DNA of 63,419 bases from a virus (taxonomy: Duplodnaviria > Heunggongvirae > Uroviricota > Caudoviricetes): the IMG/VR virus record IMGVR_UViG_2579778871_000002. The stretch is one strand, 5' to 3'. Made by a program: the position numbers and the translations under genes. The notes under the pieces are model-generated. The model was not told the DNA's origin and searched no databases. It saw only the letters and a program-made list of their open reading frames with translations. Each line of letters starts with the position of its first letter. Position 1 is the first letter of the stretch. Of this stretch, positions 61,869 through 63,419 are shown in pieces.

Positions 61869-62720
61869 CTATTGCGCGCTTTCGGGGTTGTCGTTTACTG
61901 GCTGCCCCTTCTTAGCTTTACGGCTGCGCGTAACTGATGCGGCTGATTTGACCTTTTTCTCTTCGCGAGTGATGGCAATTTGTTTTTTTACATTTTCAAT
62001 ATCTGCCAGGCGATATATTTTTGCCTGCGGCCAACGGTCGCAGATGATCGGTTCTATGGAGTCATAAAGGCTAAATTTTGCTTTCTCGAATTCACCGTTG
62101 ATGATGATTCCATCACGGAGAGTTTCATCGCAGATAAACACACCACACAGCGGCACATGGTAACTAACTGATTTACCATCATTGTAGTTAGGGCTACTGG
62201 AAATGTAATGGACGCGCAGCATTGTTTCGCTAAAGCCGTGTACGCGCATACGGAATTTTTCATCCTCCGGGTACTGCTTCATTAGCTCTTTTGTTGCTTC
62301 CAGGTTCTCTATGTATTTCGCACTGTGCTCATTGATCCCCGCGCTTTTTTGGATGCGAATGTCCTTATCAATCAGATGAATAATGCGGCCAGCGGTCATA
62401 TTGACGCTGTTCACTGCTTCTGTCTGATAAGTTGTAACCTTACGCACACCGCGAAGGATGTTAGGAACTGGATATAAAATAGTCTTTGGGATATTGAGGT
62501 CTGGGTACTGTTCCAGTTCCCGCGCCATTAAAGTCCATTTATCAATTTCAGCCTGAATGCTGTCCGTTTCTTTGAACGGCAGAACGACAACCGGGCGTAC
62601 AGGACGACCGTCGCTGGCGGCATCAACGTGTTGGGCGCGTGCAACAGCTTTTTTTAGAAAGAGATCCCTGAAGCTGACGAACTCCTGGTACAGTTGTTCG
62701 CCGTAGACATAATTTATCAT
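61869..62720 (-). CDS. c1: C1 immunity repressor
   Basis: 283 aa MINYVYGEQLYQEFVSFRDLFLKK...; matches recalled P1 C1; operator cluster upstream. Confidence 0.85.
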   Translation of the reverse strand: MINYVYGEQLYQEFVSFRDLFLKKAVARAQHVDAASDGRPVRPVVVLPFKETDSIQAEIDKWTLMARELEQYPDLNIPKTILYPVPNILRGVRKVTTYQTEAVNSVNMTAGRIIHLIDKDIRIQKSAGINEHSAKYIENLEATKELMKQYPEDEKFRMRVHGFSETMLRVHYISSSPNYNDGKSVSYHVPLCGVFICDETLRDGIIINGEFEKAKFSLYDSIEPIICDRWPQAKIYRLADIENVKKQIAITREEKKVKSAASVTRSRKAKKGQPVNDNPESAQ

Positions 62721-62815
62721 TGATCCTCCTCCAGAATTGACATGGCCAACAACTCACAGCGGATTACACTGGGAGTTGTTGGCCACCATTATAGAAGGAT
62801 CCAACGAAAATAATA

Positions 62816-62832
62816 GATTTATTAGTGCATTT
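62816..62832 (-). promoter_or_regulatory. C1 operator (autoregulatory cluster)
   Basis: Reverse complement AATGCACTAATAAATCT 14/17. Confidence 0.5.
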
Positions 62833-63040
62833 ATTGTGAGTCTGGCTGGTTAGTGGCCATGAGATATTCGATTGTGTCAGTGAGATCATCCAGGTCGTCT
62901 TGGGTGATGCGGTACTCCTGATTGGATATCTTTGAGTAGTGTTCAGCAATGGCGCGGGCAGCGTCGGTTTCGGCGGGGTCTACAGATAAAGCGTTAGAGC
63001 AATGTCTAACGTCGTCGATGGTTGGTGGAATGAAAGCCAT
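62831..63040 (-). CDS. coi: Coi (C1 inactivator)
   Basis: 69 aa acidic protein immediately upstream of c1. Confidence 0.75.
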   Translation of the reverse strand: MAFIPPTIDDVRHCSNALSVDPAETDAARAIAEHYSKISNQEYRITQDDLDDLTDTIEYLMATNQPDSQ

Positions 63041-63278
63041 AATTATGCCTCACTGTATTGACAACACAGAGCCTGAAGCTCTGACCTACTGTTTCACCCA
63101 TGATCCATGCTGGGGTAATCTAACAACATTGCGCTGTGTGTAAGATGAGCAATGCATAGCTGTAATGCCGTTGTATAAGGTTTCCCTGTTTGCTCATTTC
63201 CTTCTGAGCCGCTCTACAACGCTGAAGACACATTAAATAGTGAATCCAAAGTCGTATTACGAAACGGCGGCAAAACTA

Positions 63279-63295
63279 TAATTTATTAGAGCAAT
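63279..63295 (-). promoter_or_regulatory. C1 operator
   Basis: Reverse complement ATTGCTCTAATAAATTA 16/17. Confidence 0.65.
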
Positions 63296-63361
63296 TGTCA
63301 AACAACTATGAAAAACAATCCAGTTTTTGGCTGGTGGAGTGGGATTTTTCTCTCAAAATTT

Positions 63362-63378
63362 ATTGCTCTAATAATTCT
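63362..63378 (+). promoter_or_regulatory. C1 operator
   Basis: ATTGCTCTAATAATTCT 15/17. Confidence 0.6.
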
Positions 63379-63419
63379 TGATTTTTATGCGCAGCTGGAC
63401 GTAAACTCCTCTTCGGACC

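Overview
This window looks like about 63 kb of a P1-family plasmid-prophage (phage-plasmid), read from inside the tail-fibre gene through the immunity region to beyond c1/coi. I identified it from sequence read by eye and from recalled P1 biology; no database search was run, so P1 gene names are recollection and should be confirmed by alignment. Order of modules: a cix-like invertase site at the window start inside the tail-fibre ORF; a minus-strand tail/baseplate operon including a 1130-aa transglycosylase (Sit-like); two signal-peptide proteins (Sim-like); the immI region (c4-like RNA, icd, ant) and kilA-repL lytic replicon; a hok/mok-type toxin locus; sheath and capsid genes; parS-parB-parA; repA flanked by 9 and 5 iterons with a GATC-rich origin; a fused C5-cytosine/N6-adenine methyltransferase (Dmt-like); three tRNAs (Asn, Thr, Ile-CAU) in a structured noncoding region; the DnaB-like helicase Ban; a second baseplate block; a plus-strand block of about 40 small genes including several glycosyltransferase-like proteins, a Ser/Thr phosphatase and nucleases; humD with a LexA box; phd-doc; lpa; pacA/pacB with a hexamer-repeat pac site; and c1/coi. 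A 17-bp asymmetric motif (ATTGCTCTAATAAATTT, the C1 operator) recurs at 12 or more sites. I could not show that any block is foreign to the P1 backbone. The best candidates for unannotated or under-described biology are the hok/mok locus, the glycosyltransferase/phosphatase cluster, a peptide motif shared between the Sim-like protein and the transglycosylase, and the repeat-rich noncoding region around the tRNAs.
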